Assembly: GCF_023055435.1 (NCBI RefSeq)
Contig: NW_025963890.1
Span: forward strand, 24,304,001 to 24,368,000
Direction of reading: 5' to 3'
DNA from: Haliotis rufescens
Lineage: Eukaryota
DNA length: 64,000 nt
Under the pieces are notes generated by a model, which saw only the letters and a list, made by a program, of their open reading frames with translations, searched no databases and was not told where the DNA came from. Shown piece by piece: positions 50,444 through 64,000 of this stretch (its first letter is position 1; each line of letters opens with the position of its first letter). The position numbers and the translations under genes were made by a program.

Positions 50444-51649
50444 CTATTGGATCCACAACAACACTGACCTCTCAACCGCATCAGCAGCCACACACCATTG
50501 GGATCAATATGAACCAGGCCGACGTGTGCAGTCGTAAAAAATTGAATAACCAGACCTATTTTTGAATCAAATCAAATCAAATTTCCATTGATTATTCAAG
50601 GTCTGTAACATAATCAATTATTCTCACTGTGAAACTTTATTCCTCTGGAGGGAGACTACATCATCAGATCTGTGTTAGTTAACATTCCTATTCCAAACTG
50701 CACCATGACAGAACACTGATAGCTAATGATTGTTTATGAGTATTCAATATCTTATATGTGTCAGTGATATCTAAAGGTGCTGTGATTTTCAAAAGCTTTG
50801 ATACCTCTTGACATCTGGTCAGTCCAACCCATTATTTATCTCCTGGTCTTGTCTACAGGGTGTTATAGTGAGGATTTTAGGAATGCTTCAAGACATGTGG
50901 CAACTATTAGATCAGGAAATTTGCACACAAAAATTCAAAGATAAAGAATTTGCCATAGGAAGAAATACACTTCATACATGCTTTGATATATCAAGACTTT
51001 TGTCTCAGTTTTGTTGCAGGGAGAAAGTGTGTTGCGTGAATATTCATGTGCTCAAACATCTAGATTCACTGTGAAACATAAACACAGTGCAACCTCAACA
51101 GGTTGATATACAGCTAAAGATGATATAGGCCCATGCTTCCTTCTGTGTCAACTGTTCACCAGCATCAGAGTACATAGTGCTTTACTCAGCCAAATTAATC
51201 ATCCCCTTGTTAAGTCTGCTTGCAGCAGTGATGGTGGCACTGGTTGGTGATACATATCCACATGGCCAGCTACTTCTTAATCTAGTTGAGATTGCTCAGT
51301 GATTTCAGTCACTACACAGAATAAGTAATTCATCCTGATCAAGTGACTGACACTGAAGAGAAATTTACTAAATAATCCCCCTTTGTAATTTGAACGCCAT
51401 TGATTATTTGTGTTGAGAACATCAAACTTGTGCTTCAAATATCTCTTCTGATACATGGAATATTCATGAGTAATTATCTTGTGATTTACAAGCAGTCTGG
51501 GTTTTTCCTGTGTAAATATGTCAATATGTCAAACTTAAAAGTCTTAGATATGGTATAATTTAATAAGTCATAATTATTATAATAACCTTAGTGGTTGTTA
51601 AGAGACAGGACTTTTCAAACCACTGATAAAATTAAGTAAAAAACGTCAT

Positions 51650-54600
51650 ATGGAGCTCTGAAACTCCAGCATCCACTCATCTTGTGGAGCTCTGAAACCC
51701 CAGCATCCACCTGCCTTGTGGAGGTCATACAACTCCAGCATCCGAAGGTCTTGTGGAGGTCATACAACTCCAGCATCAACCAGTCTTGTGGAGGTCACAC
51801 AACTCCAGCATCCACAGGTCTTGTGGAGGTCATACAACTCCAGCATCCACCAGTCTTGTGGAGGTTATACACCTCCAGCATCCACAGGTCTTGTGGAGGT
51901 CATACAACTCCAGCATCCACCAGTCTTGTGGAGGTTATACACCTCCAGCATCCACAGGTCTTGTGGAGGTTATACAACACCGGCATCCACAGGTCTTGTG
52001 GAGGTCATACAACTCCAGCATCCACCGGTCTTGTGGAGGTCATACAACACCGGCATCCACAGGTCTTGTGGAGGTCACACAACTCCAGCATCCACCGGTC
52101 TTGTGGAGGTCATACAACTCCAGCATCCACAGGTCTTGTGGAGGTCATACAACTCCAGCATCCACAGGTCTTGTGGAGGTTATACACCTCCAGGATCCAC
52201 AGGTCTTGTGGAGGTCATACAACTCCAGCATCCACCAGTCTTGTGGAGGTCATACAACACCGGCATCCACAGGTCTTGTGGAGGTTATACACCTCCAGGA
52301 TCCATAGGTCTTGTGGAGGTCACACAACTCCAGCATCCACAGGTCTTGTGGAGGTCACACAACTCCAGCATCCACCGGTCTTGTGGAGGTCACACAACTC
52401 CAGCATCCACAGGTCTTGTGGAGGTCACACAACTCCAGCATCCATAGGTCTTGTGGAGGTCATACAACACCAGCATCCACCAGTCTTGTGGAGGTCACAC
52501 AACTCCAGCATCCACCGGTCTTGTGGAGGTTATACACCTCCAGCATCCACCGGTCTTGTGGAGGTCATACAACACCGGCATCCACAGGTCTTGTGGAGGT
52601 TATACACCTCCAGGATCCACAGGTCTTGTGGAGGTTATACACCTCCAGGATCCACAGGTCTTGTGGAGGTTATACAACTCCAGCATCCACAGGTCTTGTG
52701 GAGGTCATACAACACCGGCATCCACAGGTCTTGTGGAGGTTATACAACTCCAGCATCCACAGGTCTTGTGGAGGTTATACACCTCCAGGATCCACAGGTC
52801 TTGTGGAGGTCATACAACTCCAGCATCCACCAGTCTTGTGGAGGTCATACAACACCGGCATCCACAGGTCTTGTGGAGGTTATACACCTCCAGGATCCAC
52901 AGGTCTTGTGGAGGTTATACAACTCCAGCATCCACAGGTCTTGTGGAGGTCACACAACTCCAGCATCCACAGGTCTTGTGGAGGTCACACAACTCCAGCA
53001 TCCACCAGTCTTGTGGAGGTCACACAACTCCAGCATCCACAGGTCTTGTGGAGGTCACACAACTCCAGCATCCACAGGTCTTGTGGAGGTCACACAACTC
53101 CAGCATCCACCGGTCTTGTGGAGGTCACACAACTCCAGCATCCACAGGTCTTGTGGAGGTCACACAACTCCAGCATCCACAGGTCTTGTGGAGGTCACAC
53201 AACTCCAGCATCCACAGGTCTTGTGGAGGTCACACAACTCCAGGATCCATAGGTCTTGTGGAGGTCACACAACTCCAGCATCCACAGGTCTTGTGGAGGT
53301 CACACAACTCCAGCATCCACCGGTCTTGTGGAGGTCACACAACTCCAGCATCCACAGGTCTTGTGGAGGTCACACAACACCAGCATCCATAGGTCTTGTG
53401 GAGGTCATACAACACCAGCATCCACCAGTCTTGTGGAGGTCACACAACTCCAGCATCCACCGGTCTTGTGGAGGTTATACACCTCCAGCATCCACCGGTC
53501 TTGTGGAGGTCATACAACACCGGCATCCACAGGTCTTGTGGAGGTTATACACCTCCAGGATCCACAGGTCTTGTGGAGGTTATACACCTCCAGGATCCAC
53601 AGGTCTTGTGGAGGTTATACAACTCCAGCATCCACAGGTCTTGTGGAGGTCATACAACACCAGCATCCACAGGTCTTGTGGAGGTTATACAACTCCAGCA
53701 TCCACAGGTCTTGTGGAGGTTATACACCTCCAGGATCCACAGGTCTTGTGGAGGTCATACAACTCCAGCATCCACCAGTCTTGTGGAGGTCATACAACAC
53801 CGGCATCCACAGGTCTTGTGGAGGTTATACACCTCCAGGATCCATAGGTCTTGTGGAGGTCACACAACTCCAGCATCCACAGGTCTTGTGGAGGTCACAC
53901 AACTCCAGCATCCACCGGTCTTGTGGAGGTCACACAACTCCAGCATCCACAGGTCTTGTGGAGGTCACACAACTCCAGCATCCATAGGTCTTGTGGAGGT
54001 CATACAACACCAGCATCCACCAGTCTTGTGGAGGTCACACAACTCCAGCATCCACCGGTCTTGTGGAGGTTATACACCTCCAGCATCCACCGGTCTTGTG
54101 GAGGTCATACAACACCGGCATCCACAGGTCTTGTGGAGGTTATACACCTCCAGGATCCACAGGTCTTGTGGAGGTTATACACCTCCAGGATCCACAGGTC
54201 TTGTGGAGGTTATACAACTCCAGCATCCACAGGTCTTGTGGAGGTCATACAACACCGGCATCCACAGGTCTTGTGGAGGTTATACAACTCCAGCATCCAC
54301 AGGTCTTGTGGAGGTTTTAAACCCTTAGGATCCACAGGTCTTGTGGAGGTCATACAACTCCAGCATCCACCAGTCTTGTGGAGGTCATACAACACCGGCA
54401 TCCACAGGTCTTGTGGAGGTTATACACCTCCAGGATCCACAGGTCTTGTGGAGGTTATACAACTCCAGCATCCACAGGTCTTGTGGAGGTCACACAACTC
54501 CAGCATCCACAGGTCTTGTGGAGGTCACACAACTCCAGCATCCATAGGTCTTGTGGAGGTCACACAACTCCAGCATCCACAGGTCTTGTGGAGGTTATAC
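51650..54600. repeat. 35-bp minisatellite, ~84 copies, with block duplications
   Basis: Unit TTGTGGAGGTCATACAACTCCAGCATCCACAGGTC. Confidence 0.98.
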
Positions 54601-55111
54601 ATACCACCACATACCACCCAAAACATCATCAGCTTATTGATAAAATAATTACTCATTTTTTTAATCAAACAAAACAGTTTCACCCGAAGCATCATTCCTT
54701 CAAATATTTCTATATTTGTTCCTTTTTCTGTTTTTTAGTTTACAGATTTATTTTCAAACTCAAGAGATAACTGGTTGACACAACATAGGAAGGAAGCATT
54801 CTGCTTTGAGTGTTACTTAGAATAGAAAAGATACTTCCCTTCCCATATCAATCTACTTTGGAGTGAAAATATAAAAGTGTAACCAAAGTACTGGTAGTCA
54901 TCTGACTGTCTACAGTCTCTTGAAATGTTCATAATCTGATGCAGCTTGACAAACACCAGGATCCAATAACCAGACATCAACACTGCTAATGACGTTGACA
55001 CCTCCATGATGGATAAATGCCTTCTGTCATGCAAACTACTCACACCGTTCATCGCATGTTGCACACAATCATCTTGCCTTATGCTGTCACTGACAGACAG
55101 GGTGATCGTGG

Positions 55112-58100
55112 TCAAGTCACACCATCAACACTTACAAACTCTCTCGTTCAGAACCTACTCACACCATCCACACCTACAAATTCTCTAGTCAAGAACCTAG
55201 TCACACCAGCCACACCTACAGACTCTCTAGTCCAGAACCTAGTCACACCATCCACACCTACAAACTCTCTAGTCAAGAGCCTAGTCACACCAGCCACACC
55301 TACAGACTCTCTAGTCCAGAACCTAGTCACACCATCCACACCTACAAACTCTCTAGTACAGCACCTAGTCACACCATCCACATCTACAAACTCTCTAGTC
55401 AAGAACCTACTCACACCATCCACACCTACAAACTCTCTAGTCAAGAACCTAGTCACACCATCCACACCTACAAACTCTCTAGTACAGAACCTAGTCACAC
55501 CATCCACACCTACAAACTCTCTAGTCAAGAACCTAGTCACACCATCTACACCTACAAACTCTCTAGTCCAGAACCTAGTCACACCAACCACATCTACAAA
55601 CTCTCTAGTCCAAGACCTAGCCACACCATCCACACCTACAAACTCTCTAGTACAGCACCTACTCACACCATCCACATCTACAAACTGTCTAGTCCAGAAC
55701 CTAGTCACACCAGCCACACCTACAAACTCTCTAGTCAAGAACCTAGTCACACCATCCACACCTAAAAAATCTCTAGTCCAGAACCTAGTCACACCATCAA
55801 CACCTACAAACTCTCTAGTCCAGAACCTAGTCACACCATCAACACCTACAAACTCTCTAGTCCAGAACCAAGTCACACCATCCACACCTACAAACTCTCT
55901 AGTCCAGAACCTGGTCACACCAACCACATCTACAAACTCTCTAGTCCAGAACCTAGTCACACCATCCACACCTACAAACTCTCTAGTCCAGAACCTAGTC
56001 ACACCAACCACATCTACAAACTCTCTAGTCCAAGACCTAGCCACACCATCCACACCTACAAACTCTCTAGTACAGCACCTACTCACACCATCCACATCTA
56101 CAAACTCTCTAGTCAAGAACCTAGTAACACCATCCACACCTACAAACTCTCTAGTCCAGAACCTAGTCACACCATCCACACCTAAAAAATCTCTAGTCCA
56201 GAACCTAGTCACACCATCCACACCTACAAACTCTCTAGTCCTAGACCTAGTCACACCATCCACACCTACAAAATCTCTAGTCCAGAACCTAGTCACACCA
56301 TCCACACCTAAAAAATCTCTAGACCAGAACCTAGTCACACCATCCACACCTACAAACTCTCTAGTCCAGAACCTAGTCACACCAACCACACCTACAAACT
56401 CTCTAGTCCAGAACCAAGTCACACCATCCACACCTACAAACTCTCTAGTCCAGAACCTAGTCACACCAACCACATCTACAAACTCTCTAGTCCAGAACCT
56501 AGTCACACCATCCACACCTACAAACTCTCTAGTCCAAGACCTAGTCACACCATCCACACCTACAAACTCTCTAGTCCAGAACCTAGTCACACCATCCACA
56601 CCTAAAAAATCTCTAGTCCAGAACCTAGTCACACCATCCACACCTACAAACTCTCTAGTCCAGCACCTAGTCACACCATCCACACCTAAAAAATCTCTAG
56701 TCCAGAACCTAGTCACACCATCCACACCTACAAACTCTCTAGTCCAGAACCTAGTCACACCATCCACACCTACAAACTCTCTAGTCCAGAACCAAGTCAC
56801 ACCATCCACACCTACAAACTCTCTAGTCCAGAACCTGGTCACACCAACCACATCTACAAACTCTCTAGTCCAGAACCTAGTCACACCATCCACACCTACA
56901 AACTCTCTAGTCCAGAACCTAGTCACACCAACCACATCTACAAACTCTCTAGTCCAAGACCTAGCCACACCATCCACACCTACAAACTCTCTAGTACAGC
57001 ACCTACTCACACCATCCACATCTACAAACTCTCTAGTCAAGAACCTAGTAACACCATCCACACCTACAAACTCTCTAGTCCAGAACCTAGTCACACCATC
57101 CACACCTAAAAAATCTCTAGTCCAGAACCTAGTCACACCATCCACACCTACAAACTCTCTAGTCCAAGACCTAGTCACACCATCCACACCTACAAAATCT
57201 CTAGTCCAGAACCTAGTCACACCATCCACACCTAAAAAATCTCTAGTCCAGAACCTAGTCACACCATCCACACCTAAAAAATTCTCTAGTCCAGAACCTA
57301 GTCACACCAACCACACCTACAAACTCTCTAGTCCAGAACCAAGTCACACCATCCACACCTACAAACTCTCTAGTCCAGAACCTAGTCACACCAACCACAT
57401 CTACAAACTCTCTAGTCCAGAACCTAGTCACACCATCCACACCTACAAACTCTCTAGTCCAAGACCTAGTCACACCATCCACACCTACAAACTCTCTAGT
57501 CCAGAACCTAGTCACACCATCCACACCTAAAAAATCTCTAGTCCAGAACCTAGTCACACCATCCACACCTACAAACTCTCTAGTCCAGAACCTAGTCACA
57601 CCATCCACACCTAAAAAATCTCTAGTCCAGAACCTAGTCACACCAACCACACCTACAAACTCTCTAGTCCAGAACCTAGTCACACCATCCACACCTACAG
57701 ACTCTCTAGTCCAGAACCTAGTCACACCATCCACACCTACAGACTCTCTAGTCCAGCACCTAGTCACACCATCCACACCTACAAACTCTCTAGTCAAGAA
57801 CCTAGTCACACCATCCACACCTACAGACTCTCTAGTCCAGAACCTAGTCACACCATCCACACCTACAGACTCTCTAGTCCAGAACCAAGTCACACCATCC
57901 ACACCTACAAACTCTCTAGTCCAGAACCTAGTCATGCCAACCACATCTACAAACTCTCTAGTCCAGAACCTAGTCACACCATCCACACCTACAAACTCTC
58001 TAGTCCAAGACCTAGTCACACCATCCACACCTACAAACTCTCTAGTCCAGAACCTAGTCACACCATCCACACCTAAAAAATCTCTAGTCCAGAACCTAGT

Positions 58101-59187
58101 CACACCATCCACACCTACAAACTCTCTAGTCCAGAACCTAGTCACACCATCCACACCTAAAAAATCTCTAGTCCAGAACCTAGTCACACCATCCACACCT
58201 AGAAAATCTCTAGTCCAGAACCTAGTCACACCATCCACACCTACAAACTCTCTAGTCCAGAACCTAGTCACACCATCCACACCTAAAAAATCTCTAGTCC
58301 AGAACCTAGTCACACCAACCACACCTAAAAAATCTCTAGTCCAGAACCTAGTCACACCATCCACACCTACAAACTCTCTAGTCCAGAACCTAGTCACACC
58401 ATCCACACCTACAAACTCTCTAGTCCAGAACCAAGTCACACCATCCACACCTACAAACTCTCTAGTCCAGAACCTGGTCACACCAACCACATCTACAAAC
58501 TCTCTAGTCCAGAACCAAGTCACACCATCCACACCTACAAACTCTCTAGTCCAGAACCTGGTCACACCAACCACATCTACAAACTCTCTAGTCCAAGACC
58601 TAGCCACACCATCCACACCTACAAACTCTCTAGTACAGCACCTACTCACACCATCCACATCTACAAACTCTCTAGTCAAGAACCTAGTAACACCATCCAC
58701 ACCTACAAACTCTCTAGTCCAGAACCTAGTCACACCATCCACACCTACAAACTCTCTAGTCCAGAACCTAGTCACACCATCCACACCTACAAACTCTCTA
58801 GTCAAGAACCTAGTCACACCATCCACACCTACAAACTCTCTAGTCCAGCACCAAGTCACACCATCCACATCTACAAACTCTCTAGTCAAGAACCTAGTCA
58901 CACCATCCACACCTACAAACTCTCTAGTCCAGCACCAAGTCACACCATCCACATCTACAAACTCTCTAGTCCAAGACCTAGGCACACCATCCACACCTAC
59001 AAACTCTCTAGTCCAGCACCTAGTCACACCATCTACACCTACAGACTCTCTAGTCCAGCACCTAGTCATACCATCCACACCTACAAACTCTCTAGTCCAG
59101 AACCTAGTCATACCATCCACACCTACAGACTCTCTAGTCCAGCACCTAGTCATACCATCCACACCTACAAACTCTCTAGTCCAGCAT
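55112..59187. repeat. 42-bp minisatellite, ~97 copies
   Basis: Unit CTAGTCACACCATCCACACCTACAAACTCTCTAGTCCAGAAC (LVTPSTPTNSLVQN in one frame). Confidence 0.98.
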
Positions 59188-59220
59188 ATAAGTACCAGTT
59201 AAGTACCAGTTTCGAATGTT

Positions 59221-59384
59221 GATTGTACTTCATATATGTCACGGGTACTCGGTTATTTAAAGATTGTTCTTCATATATGTCACGGGTACTCGGTTATTTA
59301 AAGATTGTACTTCATATATGTCACGGGTACTCGGTTATTTAAAGATTGTACTTCATATATGTCATGGGTACTAGGTTATTTAAA
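59221..59384. repeat. 41-bp tandem repeat, 4 copies
   Basis: GATTGTACTTCATATATGTCACGGGTACTCGGTTATTTAAA x4. Confidence 0.93.
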
Positions 59385-59434
59385 GCAAGTGTGGTGATGC
59401 ATTTTTAACAAACCAATAAACATTGGCTAAGATA

Positions 59435-60952
59435 AACTCATGGGCAAAAGAAAGTATACACTTTTAAATTGATTTATTCCCCCAAAACTATCAAAGTGAA
59501 CAAAATGGTATAAGGCTTAAAACAGTTGCCCAAGAACTGCAAAATCAGTCTCCAAAACGCAATGCGTTGGCAATATAGATGCACGTGCAGTGGCCAAAAG
59601 TCACCCAACAGCTTTTCCACGTATTCGTAAACTTGCACATGCTGAATTTGTATAAAAAGGGAATGAACCGTTGTTAAGACATCACATGTAATAAAAAAAC
59701 CCAAAGATATGCCACAGTTAACTGTAAAACAAAGATAGAGAGCCATAGAGCAGATGGGAGCCAACCACAACCAGATTGCAAGAAACCTAAACTGTACACG
59801 GGCAACGGTCGCCAGACTGTTTCAACGCTTCAGTCAGACTGGCAGGACACAAGACAGACCAAGATCGGGCAGACCACTAGCGGCAATGCAACACAAAGAT
59901 CGGCACATACCATCTGTGCAACGTGTTTGTCACGGCGACAGAAACGACAGCAACAGTGTTAGGATACTGTATCAGTCGACACACGGTGCTACGACGTCTG
60001 CATGACGCTGGTATTAGAGCTTGCCGTCCCTTCCATGGAATGGTGTTGACCCAGGAACATTGACGTCGAAGACTGCAATGAGCCAGGACAGTAGGACGTT
60101 GGGATGTCTGTGATTGGCAGAGAGTGCTTTTCTGTTGCGAAAGCAGGTTTCAACTGTTTCACAATGATGGTCGAGCTCAGGCATACCATCGCAGAGGGAA
60201 CATTTGGTGCCAGGCTGCATTCAAGAAGTTCATCCCCATGGTGGAGGCGGTGTGATGGTTTGGGATGGAATTTGTGGCAACCAACAGACAAGATTTCTCA
60301 TCATCCGTGGCAACCTCAAAGGCCAGCAATACCTGTTGTGCTTCCATTCCTCTGCCAACAGCAACAGGGAACACTCCTGCAGCATGACAACACTAGACCA
60401 CACACTGCAAGGCTCGTCCAGGACTTCTTGAATACAAACGATATCAACATTCTTCTGTCACCAGCACTCTCACTTGACTTGAACCCAACTGAACACTTGT
60501 GGGATCATCTGAAGCATCAGATCTGAAGACGTCCCCCACCCACCAGCAAACCAACAACAGCTTGCTGACGCTTTAAGATTTAAATGGAATCGGATTCCTG
60601 ATTACATCATCAGGCGGCTGACAACATCAATTAGGCGAGTCTGGGCGTGCATTGGTGCTCACAGTGGTCATACTCATTACTGAGCGTACCAGGTATCTGT
60701 TAAAGACCACAAACTTATCAAGACAGTCCCTGGTTATCTCTGATCATTCCTGTGACCTGTGATCTGCCTACCCCCATGTTCATGTGAACGTCATGTACAC
60801 GTCACCTGTTTTGAGTTTCGCACTGAAATTGTGCATGGACTATTGCATGTGACCCTATTAGCGAATACACCATCATTGAATAATATTCTCTTGTTTGTTT
60901 TCATTTTATTGACCATCAAACATAGGTTTTTACTTTCTTTTGCCCACTAGTT
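59435..60952 (+). mobile_element. Decayed Tc1-family DNA transposon (~1.5 kb) with terminal inverted repeats
   Basis: Left TA|AACTCATGGGCAAAAGAAAGTA and right TACTTTCTTTTGCCCACTAGTT|TA form a ~22-bp imperfect TIR with TA target duplication. Encloses transposase remnants. Confidence 0.9.
59709..60683 (+). pseudogene. Tc1-like DD34E transposase pseudogene (stops and frameshifts)
   Basis: Fragments in different frames: MPQLT...IARNLNCTRATVARL...DRPRSGRP (paired HTH + GRP), GGGGVMVWDGI, LLQHDNTRPH-(34 aa D to E)-DLNPTEHLWDHLK, terminal GHTHY*. Confidence 0.9.
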
Positions 60953-63900
60953 TAGTTCATTGTTAAATTCATTAACATTAACAAAGCTTGAAAATTGGTA
61001 CCATCTACTCTAACAAGTACTCTGATTGTATGTCTATCCCGTCGGAACATTGACAGATGTAAGTATTGTAGAACTAAACATCCGGGTTGCTTCATTTTCT
61101 CTATTGAGGACCATGTGAATCATGGTATTTGCACCAGATTTTTAAGTATTATTGTGTAAATTGTATTGTGTAATTGTTTAGGTATATGAAAGCAAGCACA
61201 TGCAGAGTACAATCAACTTCCATTGATCTTTAAATTGGATCATTAAACCTGAATAGTTTACTCAACTGATGCCATATAAATCATTGCATCCCCTATTATG
61301 AAAAGTTTATGTAATTTCATCATTTTGTCATAGTAGAAAGAGAGAAACCTACTGTGCTAATTTAGCAGTGTCAAAATCTGATTCGATACACGTAAATTAA
61401 GAACTTGAAATCAAACATGTTATGCATGTGTATCTACTTTCAATAGTTGGAGTATCTCCAGCATCTCAACACTAGCTGTAGCGAGCCAGACTCTTCTGGC
61501 AGATACGGGGGGGCATCAACAGGGAAATATACACATGAGTTTCAGAGATTTTTTAACAGATAATTTTAATCAATTACAAACAATATTCCTTCGAACACTT
61601 CTAATCTGGTTCTTTTTGGTGCTCTGAATACATAAGAACAAGGAACTTGGTCTGACAGTACAGATCGAGGTCAAAATGTAAACAGTGCCACAGTAACATA
61701 GCTCAACTGGATATGAAGTCAACCGTTAAACATTTCAACAAAGACAGCCTCTAAACAAAAGTTTCTATAACATCTGTATTCAAATATTTTTGCATAAATA
61801 CTAAATACTTAATTCTATAAATTTGAACAAAATAGAAAGTCATCAAAAAAAGAAATTATACATGCCAAGCTTTTCTAGTCTGACAATTTAAAATCCATTA
61901 CATATGTTCACTTGACTTTCAGTTGAAATTCAAAAACTTTAAAATAATGTTTCTATTTCCTTTCATTGCTAAACAAATATGGAAGTAATAAAAAGGTTGA
62001 TGTGTGCAGGATAAGCAGTTTTTATCATTGAAACAACATAAATCATCCTTCAGACTATTTGACACGCTCACCTTTGTTTACCTGCCACCTCTCACAATTA
62101 ATCAAAATAAAAATGTGCCATGTGTTCTAAGCTTGAAATAACTTCAATAGTGGCGCATAGTCAAGTGATCAGGTTTCATCGACTTCCTTCAAAGAGAGGA
62201 TTGATTACTTTTCACAGAGAAGACAAAAACTGTCGGTGCATGGCTTAGTGACTTGTGTAATCACGACAAGAGAGGTGAGGCAATAAACCCTGCAGATGAT
62301 GCTCAGTGCTATCCCCACCTGAATTATGCAGTGCTGTTCATCCACGCAGGGCCCACAGTTAGATTCCCACAATGCAATATACATGATCTATGTAATGGGT
62401 GACGTATTGGGGGTAGTCCAGTCTCACGTTGCCACTTCAACACCTACTTCAGGCGGACACAAAAGTGCACTTAAAAATCCTAGCTTTAAATTATTCTGGA
62501 TATCTGGGAGAATTTGAACAGGGATGTGTGGTCATTCTAAATAGTTTGTGATTTCCTGGGTATTGATAAGATATGTGTCTGAATAATTGATCATTACAAA
62601 CAAAAGCACTTAAGTATGGTTTGTTGAAAGTTTTAGGTCAACATTTAAGTAAGTCTGGAAGTTTATTCCATGTCATGGAAACTGAGATGGTGGGATAAAC
62701 AGAATTATTCATGAATCATACATTTAGTAAATGCCTTTGCAAAGAAAGTTTGTTCTCTTGGTCAAAGGGAAGAGGAGTAATGTTTTTTTGTGCCATATAA
62801 TATCGTGTATCAATTTAGAAAGTGTTTAATGCTGTTTAAGAAGTTATTTCAGGAAAATGTACAATTTCTTTTTTATATATCAGTTTTGAGCATACCATCT
62901 GTATGACGTTAATGAAATTAATGGAACAGCCAGAAGGCACTTTTTCATATATGGAGATGTCTTTAATCACAGTCCCCAGATAGATGACTGGGAAAGTACA
63001 GAAAAAGGTCATCAATTTATTGTTTAATAATGACAGACATAATTAAATATTTCTGACTTTACATTAAAAACCACCAAATTTGGAGAAAAAATTAAAAAAA
63101 ATCAGGGCAGTCTTTAACTTCCCGACAAAGGTTTAAACATTTAATTAAAATCAACCTACAACGTAGATGACCACTGAAGGGAACAAGTAGCACATCACTT
63201 TCAGCTCCCCTCTTTATTTTGTACTACCAACCATTCTTTAAAGAGATCACTTTCATGAAATATTGTTTGGGACTATTACGGTAGTTACATTTGTGGTTTT
63301 GAAATATATCTGTAAAGATTGTACATAAAAGAGGGAGGTGTTAGTATTAAGGACAATATGCTCTTCACATAACATGATTTAAACTCAGCTTGTATTATAA
63401 ATTCAGTGAATGTCAGGCTGACATTCACGTGGACATAATGCGACAGATCTAAAGCAGTGTGTGTAGCAGGACGTGGAGTCATCCCACAGATGACATCCTT
63501 ACCTTGTCAGCTTGCTGACGGGGTTAACTTCTTTGGTCATGTGGCCAAAGCTCCGACCTTGGTTCAGAAGGTCCGTGGATTGAATCCCATCGCAAGACTC
63601 AGAAATTTTATGGCCGCTACATGTGCATAGCCAACAAATTGTAATCCCTTGAATCATAAATTGGCATCAATGTATGTCGAACCAGATACGTTTGATAAAG
63701 ATCGCTATTTAATATCAGCCATTAAGTGTCATTTCCTTCAACAATACAACTATGGTCCTGAATAAATACACTTCTGCTGGTGATCAAATGACCCCCTGCA
63801 AACCATCTCACATAAATTTTAAAGGGACATAACTCTACACCTACTGTGGACTGAGATTTAAACTCATCATGGAGGCACCACTAAAATATGACTGACTACC

Positions 63901-64000
63901 TTGTCATATGTGATAAATATTACAACACAAAGATGAATAAATTATTTTGAGAAGTGCATCTCAAAAGAATGAGAATTTTCAGATTTATTTGGTTTTGAGT

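Noticed and set aside
51682-54770. 721-aa and other long ORFs (WRSYNSSIHRSCGG...)
   Set aside because: The 35-bp unit is not a multiple of 3 and happens to lack stops in all three plus frames; these are repeat artefacts.
6583-59384. CRISPR array interpretation of the 25-47 bp repeats
   Set aside because: Units are head-to-tail with no unique spacers, there are no cas genes, and the context is a spliced eukaryotic gene.

Overview
Eukaryotic (animal) genomic DNA, AT-rich and repeat-dense. The repeat families recall gastropod/abalone genomes, but that is inference only. The one clear gene is a minus-strand RGS22 (regulator of G-protein signaling 22) homologue. I resolved 12 coding exons from 29648 down to 265, all with GT-AG boundaries and mutually consistent phases. 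The gene continues beyond the left edge, and its short first exon(s) were not located. About 29 kb (~45%) of the window is made of some 20 mini/satellite arrays (units 17-123 bp), almost all unrelated to each other. The rest includes tRNA-derived SINEs of several families, three MITEs, a decayed Tc1 (DD34E) transposon and two degenerate hammerhead-like motifs. The most striking observation is that two arrays were born from RGS22 exon/intron junctions and each carries 23 extra copies of the 5' splice site. In the 36-bp array all copies are in frame and stop-free with the exon. In the 107-bp array they are frameshifting decoys. There is no CRISPR array or prokaryotic system, and most ORF-track entries are repeat artefacts.
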